This document shows positions 43,069-53,370 of a DNA stretch of 64,000 bases, one piece after another. Position 1 is the first letter of the stretch, and every line of letters starts with the position of its first letter. Source of the DNA: Carpediemonas membranifera BICM (lineage: Eukaryota > Protista > Fornicata); the NCBI GenBank assembly GCA_019828565.1, contig JAHDYR010000062.1:74801-138800 (forward strand). The letters run 5' to 3'. The notes under the pieces were generated by a model. That model had not been told where the DNA came from, made no database searches, and was given only the letters and a program-made list of their open reading frames with translations. A program made the position numbers and the translations under genes.

Positions 43069-46000
43069 TGTGGTCCTCTTGGGCCAAACAAAGGTAAAAA
43101 GGGTTTACAAAGAGATGAGTCGACACAATGGGTGTCGTTTGACTGTTGTTGACTGTGTAAATATGTTTTCTGTGTAACATGTGGGTAGGACCCACGACAC
43201 TGCCTCCCCATGGCTCGCAGAGCCATGACGAGAATATGTGAGCGAATGCTCTAAAACTCAAGTGACCTCCGGGACGTCGGGGGGCCAACCCTTCAGTACA
43301 CCTTTGGCGACATCCTTGGCAGGGATGCCAGGCGAACACCTCATATGAGTTGCCAGAATAGGCTGGTTTGAGAATCTCGAAAAAGATTCGGGATCCGAAC
43401 GGATTCAATCATTGTGGTACCACTGGGTTAGCTAGCTATGTTATGCGATGTCTTACCGGGGTCCTCTGCCCCTCCACGGACCCTAAAAGGGCCGTTTGAA
43501 ATTTGATTATCTCGATCTGATGCCTTAAAGTGCATCATGAGACGTAGATGGGAAAGTCTTCGGGTATGTAGCCCGAAGCGCCCATACTTACATGGGTGCC
43601 GAAAAACGCCTTTAGAGGCCTCAATTCGGCCTCGTTCGCGAGTTCTGGCGATTTTTCTTCTTCTGCTCGTTGCGTTGCTTCTTGGAACGGCTTAAGGCCT
43701 TCCTTCTCTAATTAACAACATCAATATCTATGCCATTAGCCTTTTGGGGTAAGAAGGCCGTTGTTATCTCTTGAACTCGGCCTTTGGTTTTGGGAATTAG
43801 GGATCGGCCCGAACGAGCCTTCAGAAATCGATGACGATCAATAAATGGCGAATTATGAGTGTTACCACGGTATTGCTCGTCTAAAGTTGGGTAGACTAGG
43901 TCAGTGTGCACCCTCAAGGTCCATATCCTTGCATATGTAACTAACGTAAATGGAACTTCAATCATCGTCGAAGCTTCATAGCGTTACAATGAGCGATTTG
44001 GCCGCTGATCTGGACGTCCTAATTGACGAGTTGTCGACAATACCGCAAGCTTCTGCCATTGTTCCTCGCTTGCGGGCTGTTCGTGAACGTCACTGCGCTG
44101 CACGTGCGCTCGCAACTACTACGGAGACTTCTGCTACTTCTCCATCCGTCGAGGCCGTCCCAACTGAACGACCGCCTGCGGAATCAGCTCGTTCAGTCAC
44201 CATCCCCGTCACGCGGGAGCAACCCATTCGTCGTCGCCATCCCACACACGCGCGCATTACTGGCGTCGTTGTGAACGAGGAGGGGCACACGCAGACCCGT
44301 AGTGGTCACGTCGTGCGTATCCACACCTCTTCCGCTGCCCCTTCGGTCCCTACCGTCGCTGCAAGGCTTCGTCGCAGCTCGGACCGTCCCTCGCGCTCCA
44401 ATGTCATGCGGGCGCGGTTTTCAGCCCGCGGCTCGCCCTCGCGCGGGGCTTGATGCTCGCGAGCAACGCTTCCTGGCTGTGCTGTCCAGTGTCACCAGTC
44501 TCGTCAGCAACTGCTACGAGGTGAGCTTGCACGCGCTTCTTTCTCGTCTCAACGACGGATCCGTGTTCAGTGGAGAGCTTGGTTTCGATCAGACCCTGCT
44601 TCGTTCACTCAGGCTCCTGGGCGATTTCGCTCAGGATGCTCTCGTGGGCCGGCGCCTCCGTTCGTACCTGCAAGTAACCTCCGCTGGGGACCTCGCCCTC
44701 GCGCAGGCGTTGCTGGCCGACGCCGCCCTCTCAACGCACGGGGCCTTCTCCACTGGAGTCGTCTCGGCTGTCGTGGCTTGCCTAGAGGAGTCTAACTCCG
44801 ACTTGACGAGTACCGGTCTGTCATACCGGCGCGAGCTGGCTAATCAGTGCCTGAAACGGGTTGTCATGATCGGCTGTCACCCACACGTCTTCTCCTGCTG
44901 GTTGATCGCCCAAGTGCGGTCTACCGATCGTTTGACCTGGCGTTTTGCCATCCAGTTCGTCGCTGATTACTATTGCCTCCTGGAGGCTGGTCGCCTGGCT
45001 GCTATCGAGTGTGATGTACAAGATCGTGCTCTCCTGACGCCGCAGGTGACTGACCGCACCGTAGATTACATCATCGTTGAGGTCCTTCGCCACATGGAGC
45101 AGTATGATGTTCCTCTACTCGAGTCTTTCACCCTGGTTGTGAAATACCAAAACTACGCCGTTCCCGGCTTGACTCAACTCACCCAGAGTATGTGTCGCGT
45201 CACCCTGGTGGCTGATTATCTAACGCAAAATGACTTATGGCCTCGCGTTCGGGTTGAATGGCGTCCTATCGAGCTCATCGTTGACGCTAATGAGTCTGTC
45301 GGTGCTGTTGACGAATAAAAGTCGGATTTGAAGGCTCGTGAAGTTTACAGGCCATCAATTTTTGCCTGATCTGACTTCAAATATATATCCAGCGCTTCCA
45401 AATCCTTCACGTATATATAATCCTGCCAAGTAGCTTCAGAGTCTTCGAACCCGACCCAGTGAGTCAGGTACTCACGCTTCGACATGGGTCCTCGGCCTCT
45501 TGACTTGCTGATACGGTCTACCTCCCACTCATCGACAGCCGTCGCAGCTAGAGCTTTGATTTCGCTCTCTGATAGCAATCCTGGGTCAAACCTTCTGACC
45601 CTGGCGGCGTCTACCTTGACCGTTGGGCCATCCTTACCTTCTGCTAGGTCTTGGACGGTATAACCCACCGTCACGCCGTCGACCTTGACGCTGTCTACGC
45701 GACGCATAGGCCCCCTCCAGCCTGGAGACAACTTGTTGGGGGGTCTAGACGGGTATTTCACCAGCACAAACCGGCTTAGGATCTCTTGTCGCGTTGTAGA
45801 GGCTTTGGCTAATGCTTCCTCCTTGGCTGCCTTGATCCGGCTGCTAGCCAGCCGCACTGCGGCGTCAGCTGCTGCCCGATGGCATTGCTTCGCCGCTGCT
45901 GTTGAGGTGGACGTAATAAATATCCGTTGTGGCACGTTAGTCTGGAAACCGAACACCATCTCAGTGGGTGAGAGGTGGGTGGGTACGCGGGGTGCGGTGT

Positions 46001-48963
46001 TCACAATGAACTGCGCGACCGGTAGGTTCTGCACCCAGGTTGACCCTCGTAGTTCAAATCTCCTTGCGCGTAGTATCCTCTCTATCTGCTGATTCGCTCG
46101 CTCTACCATACCATTACTCTGGGGATGATGGGCGGTAGTGATGTGGGTCTTGAACCCCATCTCAGTGGCGAGGCGCTTAAACAACTGGTTGTGGAACTCA
46201 GGGCCGCCATCCGACTGGAGCACCTCTGGGCATCCATACCTCAGTACCCAGTTGTTCACGAAGGCATTCGCGGCGGCTTCGCCTGTCGTCCCAGTCACGG
46301 GCACCAGCTCGGTTAGCCTGCTGCACATGTCCACAATCACGGTTATATGTGTCTTGCCGTCACTCTCCGGTAACGGGCCGATGGTATCGACAGCGACTCG
46401 CCGGAACGGTCTGTCAACGGCCGTATGCAGCCCGTCTGGTCGCTGGGTTGGTGGGCGCTCTAAGAGCTGGCACACGGGGCACCCTGAGATGACTTTGTCA
46501 ACGAGGCGCTTGGGAACCGCCTTACCTTGTGAGCGCAAAGTCTCGGTGACTACCCGACGCGATAGGTGGGCTCCTCCTAGAAGGTGTGCTTGCTTGACAT
46601 CCTGTTCGCCTGCGGGACACAAGGAGTACACGCGCGACAAGCCGTCCGCCGCTCCATTGTCTAGCCCGGCGACATGCTTCACCTCAAAATCAAGGTCGGC
46701 CATCGCCTCCGCCCACCGACGGACCTTGGCGTTAACCGACTTAAACATGAACACGAGGTTCCTATGATCTGTTAAGAGGGTGAACTTTCCCCATGATAGG
46801 TACTTGTTCCAGCATTTGATGGCTGCTACGATGGCGTAAGCCTCCTTCTCACCCACCGACCATCTGCTCTGTACGTCGTTAAAGGCTTTCGACATAAAAC
46901 AGACAGGTCGACCCTCTTGTAATAGCACGGCTCCGTAACCGACGGCGGATGCGTCCGTCATCACGGTGTGCTCCTTCGACGCATCAAATATAGCTAAAGA
47001 GTCTCCTCGCGTCAGCACGTCCTTAACTTTGTTCAGGGCTTCCTGTTGCGCCTTCGTACCGATGGGTGTCTTGCCAGCCATGGCTTCGGTCAGGGGAATG
47101 GCTGCGGTGGCGAAGTCTTCTCCGTGGTCACGAAAGTAGTTCACGAACCCGACTAGCGCCTGCATGCCCTTGGCAGACTTAGGCATCTTGAGGTCGAGGA
47201 TATCCTGTATGCGGTCCGGCGCGATTCTCTTCTCCCCGTCGGAGATGATCCACCCTAGGAATTCCACCTCCTTCCGGTTGAACGCGCACTTGTCTCTATT
47301 GAGCTGCAACTTGACTTGGTCTGCCCTCTCGAGCACCTTCTCGAGGTTGTTCAGGTACTCGTCCTCATCGGCACCCGATACGATGATATCGTCGATGTAA
47401 ATCTGGCAAGCGTTGCCAACCAGGCCTCGGAACGCCCTCTCCATTGCTTTCTGAAAGTGGGCGCCAGCATTGCGTAGCCCGAAGGGCATGCGCTTATACT
47501 GGTATCGGCCGAGGACTGTCTTAAACGCCGTATATTGTCGTGACCGCTCTGACATCAGGATCTGATGGTATCCAGACGATAGATCCAGGGTGGCGAAGAT
47601 TCGTTTGCCGGCCAATTGGGCTATCACTTCGTCTATCCGAGGGATAGGGTAGTCGAACGGAGCGGTCATCTGGTTGATCCCGCGATAGTCCACTACAAAG
47701 CGCGTCTTGTCTGGCTTCTTTGGGACTATCATCGCTGGCGAGGCAAAGTCAGACGAGCTTGGCTCGATAAAGCCCTTTCGCAACAGCTCGTCGATGTGTT
47801 CCCTGATCACGTCAACCTTCGCCGGGGGGATAAAGTATGGTCTTGCATTGACCACTCGATCGCCCTTGAGGATTAAGTCGTAGGGCTCTAGCTCGCTCGG
47901 CTCATGTCTGTCCTCGAATACTCGTGTGTATCGGCGTAGTAGGTTCGTCTGGCGTTCAATGGCTGCCTCGCTCAACGAGAACAGGGGAGCATTATGCTTG
48001 GCGACGTCTGGTATCTCGGCATCAGTGAACTCGGACTCAGCGTACGCCTGTGGCAGGATGCCCAAGGCTACCATGTCGGGGTAGCCGAGGATAATGTCAA
48101 ACTCTGTCTCGAGCAACAGCATGTCTGAAGAGAATGTGCATGACTTGGGTGTAAAGGCTGAAGGGAGTAACTTCAGCTCGACATCGGCTGTGCCCAAGGC
48201 ATCGATCAAGCCGCTCGCGGTCTTGACTGCGATCTTCTGGTGAGAAGTTACCTTGAGGTTCTTGGCGAGGCTGGGCTTAACGGCAGAGCGTCCTGCACCC
48301 GAGTCTAACAAGACAACCACAGGTGTCTTGCCGATGAATCCGCGGCACAACGGGATGTTCGGGTCAGTTGGGGACGCCAATGTAGCCAATGGAACACACT
48401 CTGAAGGTTTATAGCGACAATAAACCTCCAGGTGACCCTCCTTCTTGCATGTGACGCAGCGGTGCTTCGGCTTGGGGCACTGGAAGGTCTTGTGCTTACC
48501 CTTGGCGCTGCAGTTGTAGCATACATACGTATCAGGGACTTGGTGTCCTTCGCGTTTGACGTTCGCGCCGCTGGTGGAATGGCGGTTAGGCTTCGAGCTA
48601 GGCTTAGGGCCCCGATGATGATGACGCTCCATGCGGTGCTGCGTGGCGCCTTCAGGCTTGATGTGGTGATGGGGACGCTGATTCTTGCTGGAAGGGTGGT
48701 CATTGAAAGCCTCAGCGATCTCACGGCTCTCTTGGACGTCCCGGCTCATCGCTAGAACCTTCGGAAGGGCTTCTAGGAGCGGTTGGCCTTGAATGAGCTC
48801 CTTGATCCGATACATAGTCCGTGATCCTTGACCGAACTTGAACGACCGAGCGTACGTGTCACGAAGGACCTCCTCGGAGGAATCTGGCTGTACAATAGCC
48901 ATCAGGGTAGTGAACTTCCGGAAGAAGCTAATGGAGGAGTCCGGGTTCAACTTGATCAGCGAT
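43069..48963 (-). mobile_element. 5'-truncated chromovirus: LTR 43069-43199, PPT, 3' cassette, antisense ORF, gag-pol
   Basis: LTR start TGTCGTGGGTCCTACCCACATGTTAC resembles the LTR of 23751-30063; PPT GGGGAGGCAG. Confidence 0.85.
43989..45318 (+). CDS. Antisense accessory ORF with chromo-like domain (frameshift in linker ~44330-44450)
   Basis: MSDLAADLDVLIDEL...RLRAVRERH; DYIIVEVLRH...FTLVVKYQNYAVPGLT. Confidence 0.85.
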
Positions 48964-48968
48964 TGCAA
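45345..48968 (-). CDS. Single-frame Gag-Pol (N-terminus missing) with integrase chromodomain
   Basis: CVTCKKEGHLEVYC, LLDSGA, YIDD, TDAS, DDE integrase, EYLTHWVGFEDSEATW. Confidence 0.95.
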   Translation of the reverse strand: MQSLIKLNPDSSISFFRKFTTLMAIVQPDSSEEVLRDTYARSFKFGQGSRTMYRIKELIQGQPLLEALPKVLAMSRDVQESREIAEAFNDHPSSKNQRPHHHIKPEGATQHRMERHHHRGPKPSSKPNRHSTSGANVKREGHQVPDTYVCYNCSAKGKHKTFQCPKPKHRCVTCKKEGHLEVYCRYKPSECVPLATLASPTDPNIPLCRGFIGKTPVVVLLDSGAGRSAVKPSLAKNLKVTSHQKIAVKTASGLIDALGTADVELKLLPSAFTPKSCTFSSDMLLLETEFDIILGYPDMVALGILPQAYAESEFTDAEIPDVAKHNAPLFSLSEAAIERQTNLLRRYTRVFEDRHEPSELEPYDLILKGDRVVNARPYFIPPAKVDVIREHIDELLRKGFIEPSSSDFASPAMIVPKKPDKTRFVVDYRGINQMTAPFDYPIPRIDEVIAQLAGKRIFATLDLSSGYHQILMSERSRQYTAFKTVLGRYQYKRMPFGLRNAGAHFQKAMERAFRGLVGNACQIYIDDIIVSGADEDEYLNNLEKVLERADQVKLQLNRDKCAFNRKEVEFLGWIISDGEKRIAPDRIQDILDLKMPKSAKGMQALVGFVNYFRDHGEDFATAAIPLTEAMAGKTPIGTKAQQEALNKVKDVLTRGDSLAIFDASKEHTVMTDASAVGYGAVLLQEGRPVCFMSKAFNDVQSRWSVGEKEAYAIVAAIKCWNKYLSWGKFTLLTDHRNLVFMFKSVNAKVRRWAEAMADLDFEVKHVAGLDNGAADGLSRVYSLCPAGEQDVKQAHLLGGAHLSRRVVTETLRSQGKAVPKRLVDKVISGCPVCQLLERPPTQRPDGLHTAVDRPFRRVAVDTIGPLPESDGKTHITVIVDMCSRLTELVPVTGTTGEAAANAFVNNWVLRYGCPEVLQSDGGPEFHNQLFKRLATEMGFKTHITTAHHPQSNGMVERANQQIERILRARRFELRGSTWVQNLPVAQFIVNTAPRVPTHLSPTEMVFGFQTNVPQRIFITSTSTAAAKQCHRAAADAAVRLASSRIKAAKEEALAKASTTRQEILSRFVLVKYPSRPPNKLSPGWRGPMRRVDSVKVDGVTVGYTVQDLAEGKDGPTVKVDAARVRRFDPGLLSESEIKALAATAVDEWEVDRISKSRGRGPMSKREYLTHWVGFEDSEATWQDYIYVKDLEALDIYLKSDQAKIDGL

Positions 48969-49270
48969 TACTAATAGGTTGATTCAGCATTTAGAGCGGG
49001 CAACCAGTCCCGCTATGCTAGATTTTGATACATAAAACGTCGCCGGTACTTGGTAGTGAACTACCAACAAGGTAGTATGAACTACCTACTAGGTAGTATG
49101 AAGCTCGCAAACGCTCTCTGGTGTTCCTCGGTCCAACGCCATGAGGTCTTACCAGACGTTAGGGCGTACAACGGTGCCATAATGGTGTGGTGAGGCGCAG
49201 TTTAAGGTTTTGGTTTTTGACCATTTTCTCCACTGCGGTTTCCAGGAGTAAATCAGTTCTCATCCATTAA

Positions 49271-50297
49271 TTGGAAAGTTCCCTTCAAGGCCAAACCAAG
49301 CACAACCCCGCGATTAAGGACCTATTCCCTGTCGATGACGAAGACGAGACCCCACTTATTCTTAGCAAGAAGAAAGCTCGCCGCGAGCATCGGGACAAAG
49401 TGGTCCTCAAGCGCCTCGGCACAACGCTGAAGCCCCGTAGCTTAACAGCTCAACTGATGCCATCCCGTCTCCACGCCTCCGACTTCTCGGTTATGGAGGT
49501 CGCCCGCGTCAACCGCCGCTTCAAGCTCGTCCTCGCCCTATTCCAAGACGACAGCCTTCCGACCGATGTGTTGAAGGACACCTACTGCCGTGCATTCAAG
49601 TTCGGCTCGTCGAAGGCCATGTACCGCATCAAGGAGCTGATCGAGGACCTCGACTTCGACGACGCAATTCCAAGCGTCCTCTCCCTGGCCCGCGAGGTTC
49701 AGGAGAGCAAGGACGTCGTCGACGCCTTCGAGGACACCCCGCGTGACGCACGCAGCCGCGGCTCCGCCAGCAACCGAGGCCGTCAGCAAGGCAACCACCA
49801 GGGCCGCGACCAGTCATCATCAGACAACAACCATCAATCCTCCGGCGTCAGAGACAAGAAGGTGGGCCAGACACTGCCCGCCACCTACGTCTGCTACAAC
49901 TGCGGCGCCGAGGGGAAGCACAAGACGTGCCAGTGCAACAAGCCGAAGCACAAGTGCAGCCACTGTAAGAAGGAGGGCCACCTGGAGGTTTATTGTCGAT
50001 ATAAACCTTCAGCATGTGTCCTCTTGTCCCTTAGCACACCGTCAGACCCCTCGGTATCCCTGTGTAGAGGTACGGTCGCAGGCAAGCCTGTTGTCGCTCT
50101 CCTCGACTCTGGAGCTGGACGATCCGTCATTCATTCCAAGTTCGCATCAACGCTTAAGAAGATGACCACAGATCGAGTTCAGGTCAAGACGGCCAAGGGT
50201 ATCATTGACGCCCTAGGCAGTGTGGAGGTCGACTTGACCCTCGCACCGTCAGTCTTCACGCCTAAGTCGTGCTCGTTCAAGTCAACTATGCTAAGGG
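49271..50297 (+). pseudogene. Gag-protease fragment of a related Gypsy element
   Basis: CYNC...H..C, CSHCKKEGHLEVYC, LLDSGAG; ends abruptly at a chimeric junction. Confidence 0.88.
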
Positions 50298-51036
50298 CTA
50301 CGTGAACTTCATCGAGGTGCCACTCGAGGCCATCTTCGACCATCTGTCAACTGGCACTCTCTGGAGTGGTGGCGCCGGCACCCTCCTCGACATGTCCAGC
50401 AACCTCCTGGTCCAGCTCCAGCGGGAGCACCGCGCCTTGCGCTTCCTCCGCGAGCGCACCGGCAGCCGCGCCCAGACCGACAAGGGCATCGTCCAGGCCG
50501 CCATCACTGCTGGCCTGTTCCGCCTTAAGAGCAATGACAAGACCAATCAGTACATCGCTCCCCAGAACTTGGCCGCCCTCGCTCGTGCTCTCGACTGCGG
50601 CGACAGCCTGGCCGGCCAGACCTTGTACCGTGTCGTTGTCCTGGCCCTCGCGCCAGAGTACTACCGCCTGTTCCTGCACGGTGAACGTTCCGAGCACGTC
50701 TCGGTCACTCCCACGCACTGGGCCGCCCTGGTCGGCAACCTCCGTGCCATGGACGAGCTCCCGTCCCTACCGGAGCGCCTCGGTCTGGCCCTCCAAGTCT
50801 CTGACCCGGAACGCGAGTACGACGTCCTGGACGTGCTGGGTCATGAGATCTTGACTACCGGCCCTGACCGCCGCCTGATCCTCCACGTGCAATACGAGGG
50901 CTACACCGCCCCCACATGCACTGATCTGGACTCGACCCTTGCTGCGGTCACCGTGGTCCGCGAGTACCTGGTGGACTTCGAGCTTGAGGACTGGATCAAC
51001 GGCCCTGACGACGAATCCGATGAAGGTTACGAATAA
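50298..51036 (+). pseudogene. C-terminal half of antisense accessory ORF with chromo-like domain
   Basis: EYDVLDVLGH...LILHVQYEGYTAPTCT...VVREYL; acidic tail; stop in AATAAA. Confidence 0.8.
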
Positions 51037-51055
51037 ATCTTGACTGGGGATCCGT

Positions 51056-53370
51056 TTACTGCCTGGAGTGTGCAGCACGGTGTAGGCCCCTTTCCTCAAG
51101 AAAGTCTTCGAACTTGTCACAACCATCGACATTCTCGAATGGTTCCCATGGCGCCTCGTCTGGCTCATAGCCCAGCCACTCGACCAAATATTCGCGACTC
51201 TCGATCGGACCGGAGTCGGGCCGGGACTTCACAATTTTGCTCGGTACGTACTCAGCTGTAACAGTGTTGGCTAAGCGCGCGACTTGCTCCAAGGACATGT
51301 CGCCGTGATCGAACGGCAGAACTCGGGAAGCGTCAACCCTGAACTGCTTCAGTGATTCAAGGTCTCGCACCGTGTACGCTACAACCTTGTTGTACTCCTG
51401 GTGAACAGACACTAGCGCCATGGGGCCACGCAACCCGGCTGCGAATTTGTCGGGGGGTCTGTCGGGGTAAGCCACCAGGACGTACGGAGTCGAGACAGTA
51501 GTGCGGGTGTCTGGCTTATACTGCTGTAGTAACCGCTTGCTCTTGATGCGCTCGGCTGCCATGCGTCGGTATGCCTGAAATTCGGATAGCTAGTCCCCCT
51601 GGTGGTCGACGGTATAGGTCTCACCCGGCGCGATAAACGTGATGTCCTTCGGTATCCGCATCTCTGTGCCATGTAGAATCTCGGCTGGGGACAGACGAGT
51701 GGGAATTCGTGGTGTTGAATTGACGAGGTACTGGGCAATCGGCAAGCTGTGAACCCAATCGTTGGACCTGAACTGGTAACGACGTGCTGTCAGGATAGCC
51801 TTCACTGAGACGTTTGCACGCTCCACTAGCCCGCTAGATTGTGGGTGATGTGCGGTCGTCTTCCTTGTCGTAAAGCCGAGTCGAGCGCTTAGGTCATTGA
51901 ACACCGCGTTGACGAACTGGGATCCGCCATCCGTCTGCAGCACCTTGGGCACACCATATCGGAGGACCCAGTTGTTCACGAACGCCCTTGATGTCTCGAC
52001 CGCTCTGATAGTCTGCAGCGGAATTAGCTCAGTCCAACGTGAGCACATGTCTATTACAACGAGGATATACTTATAGGTCGTGCCGTCGACCGTGCACGGG
52101 GTGGCCGACATCGTGTCCATGGCCACTCGGTCGAAGGGGTGCTCGACCGCGGTGTGCAGTCCGGCATCAGACGAGATTGGAGGCTTCTGCCTTAGCTGAC
52201 ATATCGGGCACTTGGCAATATAGTCTTCTACGTCCTTCTGACGCACACGCACGCCCCAGTCTCGGAGAAGGTTCTTAGTCGCCCAGGCGGTCAAGTGAGC
52301 TCCAGCGAAGTGGTGAGCCTTCTGTAACTTATCGGCGACTTGGGTATCCATGGTATTGGCGAACATTCGGGAGAGTCCGTCTGCTGCCCCGTTGTCAACC
52401 CCGGGAACGTGGCGTATAGTGAAGTCGAGGTCGGCCAGTTGGTCATACCATCTACGGACCTTGGGGTTGATGGATTTTGCCATGAGCAGCAGGTTACGAT
52501 GATCCGTGCGGATAGTAAAAGAGGTCCACGCCAGGAATTTCCGCCAACGCTGGACTGCCAGGATGATCGCGTACGCTTCCTGCTCGGTGGTACTCCACCT
52601 AGTCTGGACGGCAGAGAAGGCGTGTGACATAAAGGCGATTGGTTGTCCGTCCTGCAGAAGAACGGCACCACACCCCACGTCGGAGGCATCGGTCATGAGA
52701 ACGTGCGTCGCGTCCGACTTGAAATGAACAAGGGAAACACGCTTGAGGAGCTCAGCGACGACGTCATCCAGGGCAGCCTGCTGACCCGGGCCGCCAGGTT
52801 CGGCCTTGCCAGCAGACACTTGCAACAGGAGATGTGCCCGGGACGCAAAATTGGGCACGAAGTCGCGGAAATAGTTGAGAAAACCGACGAGTGCCTGAGC
52901 GGACCGCTTGCTGGTCGGTAGTTTCAGCTTCTTAATGTCGGCGATGCGGTCTTCCGCAATCCTCACGGTGTCTCCGGAAACGAGTCGACCCAGGAACTCG
53001 ACCTCAGCCGCGGCGAAGACGCACTTGTCGCGACCTAGGTGTAGGTCATACTCTTGGCATCGTTTCAGGACGTCCCATAGGTTCCTTATGTACGAAGGCT
53101 CATCCCGACCCATGACAATAATTTCATCGATGTAAATCAGGCACTTCCCTGCCGAGATCAGGTCGGAGAAAGCCTGCTCCATGGCCCACTGGAAATGAGA
53201 ACCAGCGTTACGCAGACCAAAGGGCATAGTCGTGTACTCAAACCGTCCAAGGGGAGTCCCGAAGGCGGTCAGAGGACGAGAACGGTCCGTCAGTGCCACC
53301 TGATGGTATCCTGCCTTGCAGTCGAGGGTAGCGAAGATAGTGTTGCCCCTGAGCTTAGCTAGACAATCCT
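51056..53370 (-). pseudogene. Gypsy pol (RT-RH-IN-chromodomain), 5'-truncated and disrupted near 51570-51600
   Basis: YIDE variant, TDAS, TDGG, EYLVEWLGYEPDEAPWEP. Confidence 0.9.

Noticed and set aside
49050-49105. CRISPR-like array
   Set aside because: Three short units with 5-nt spacers, eukaryotic context and no cas genes.
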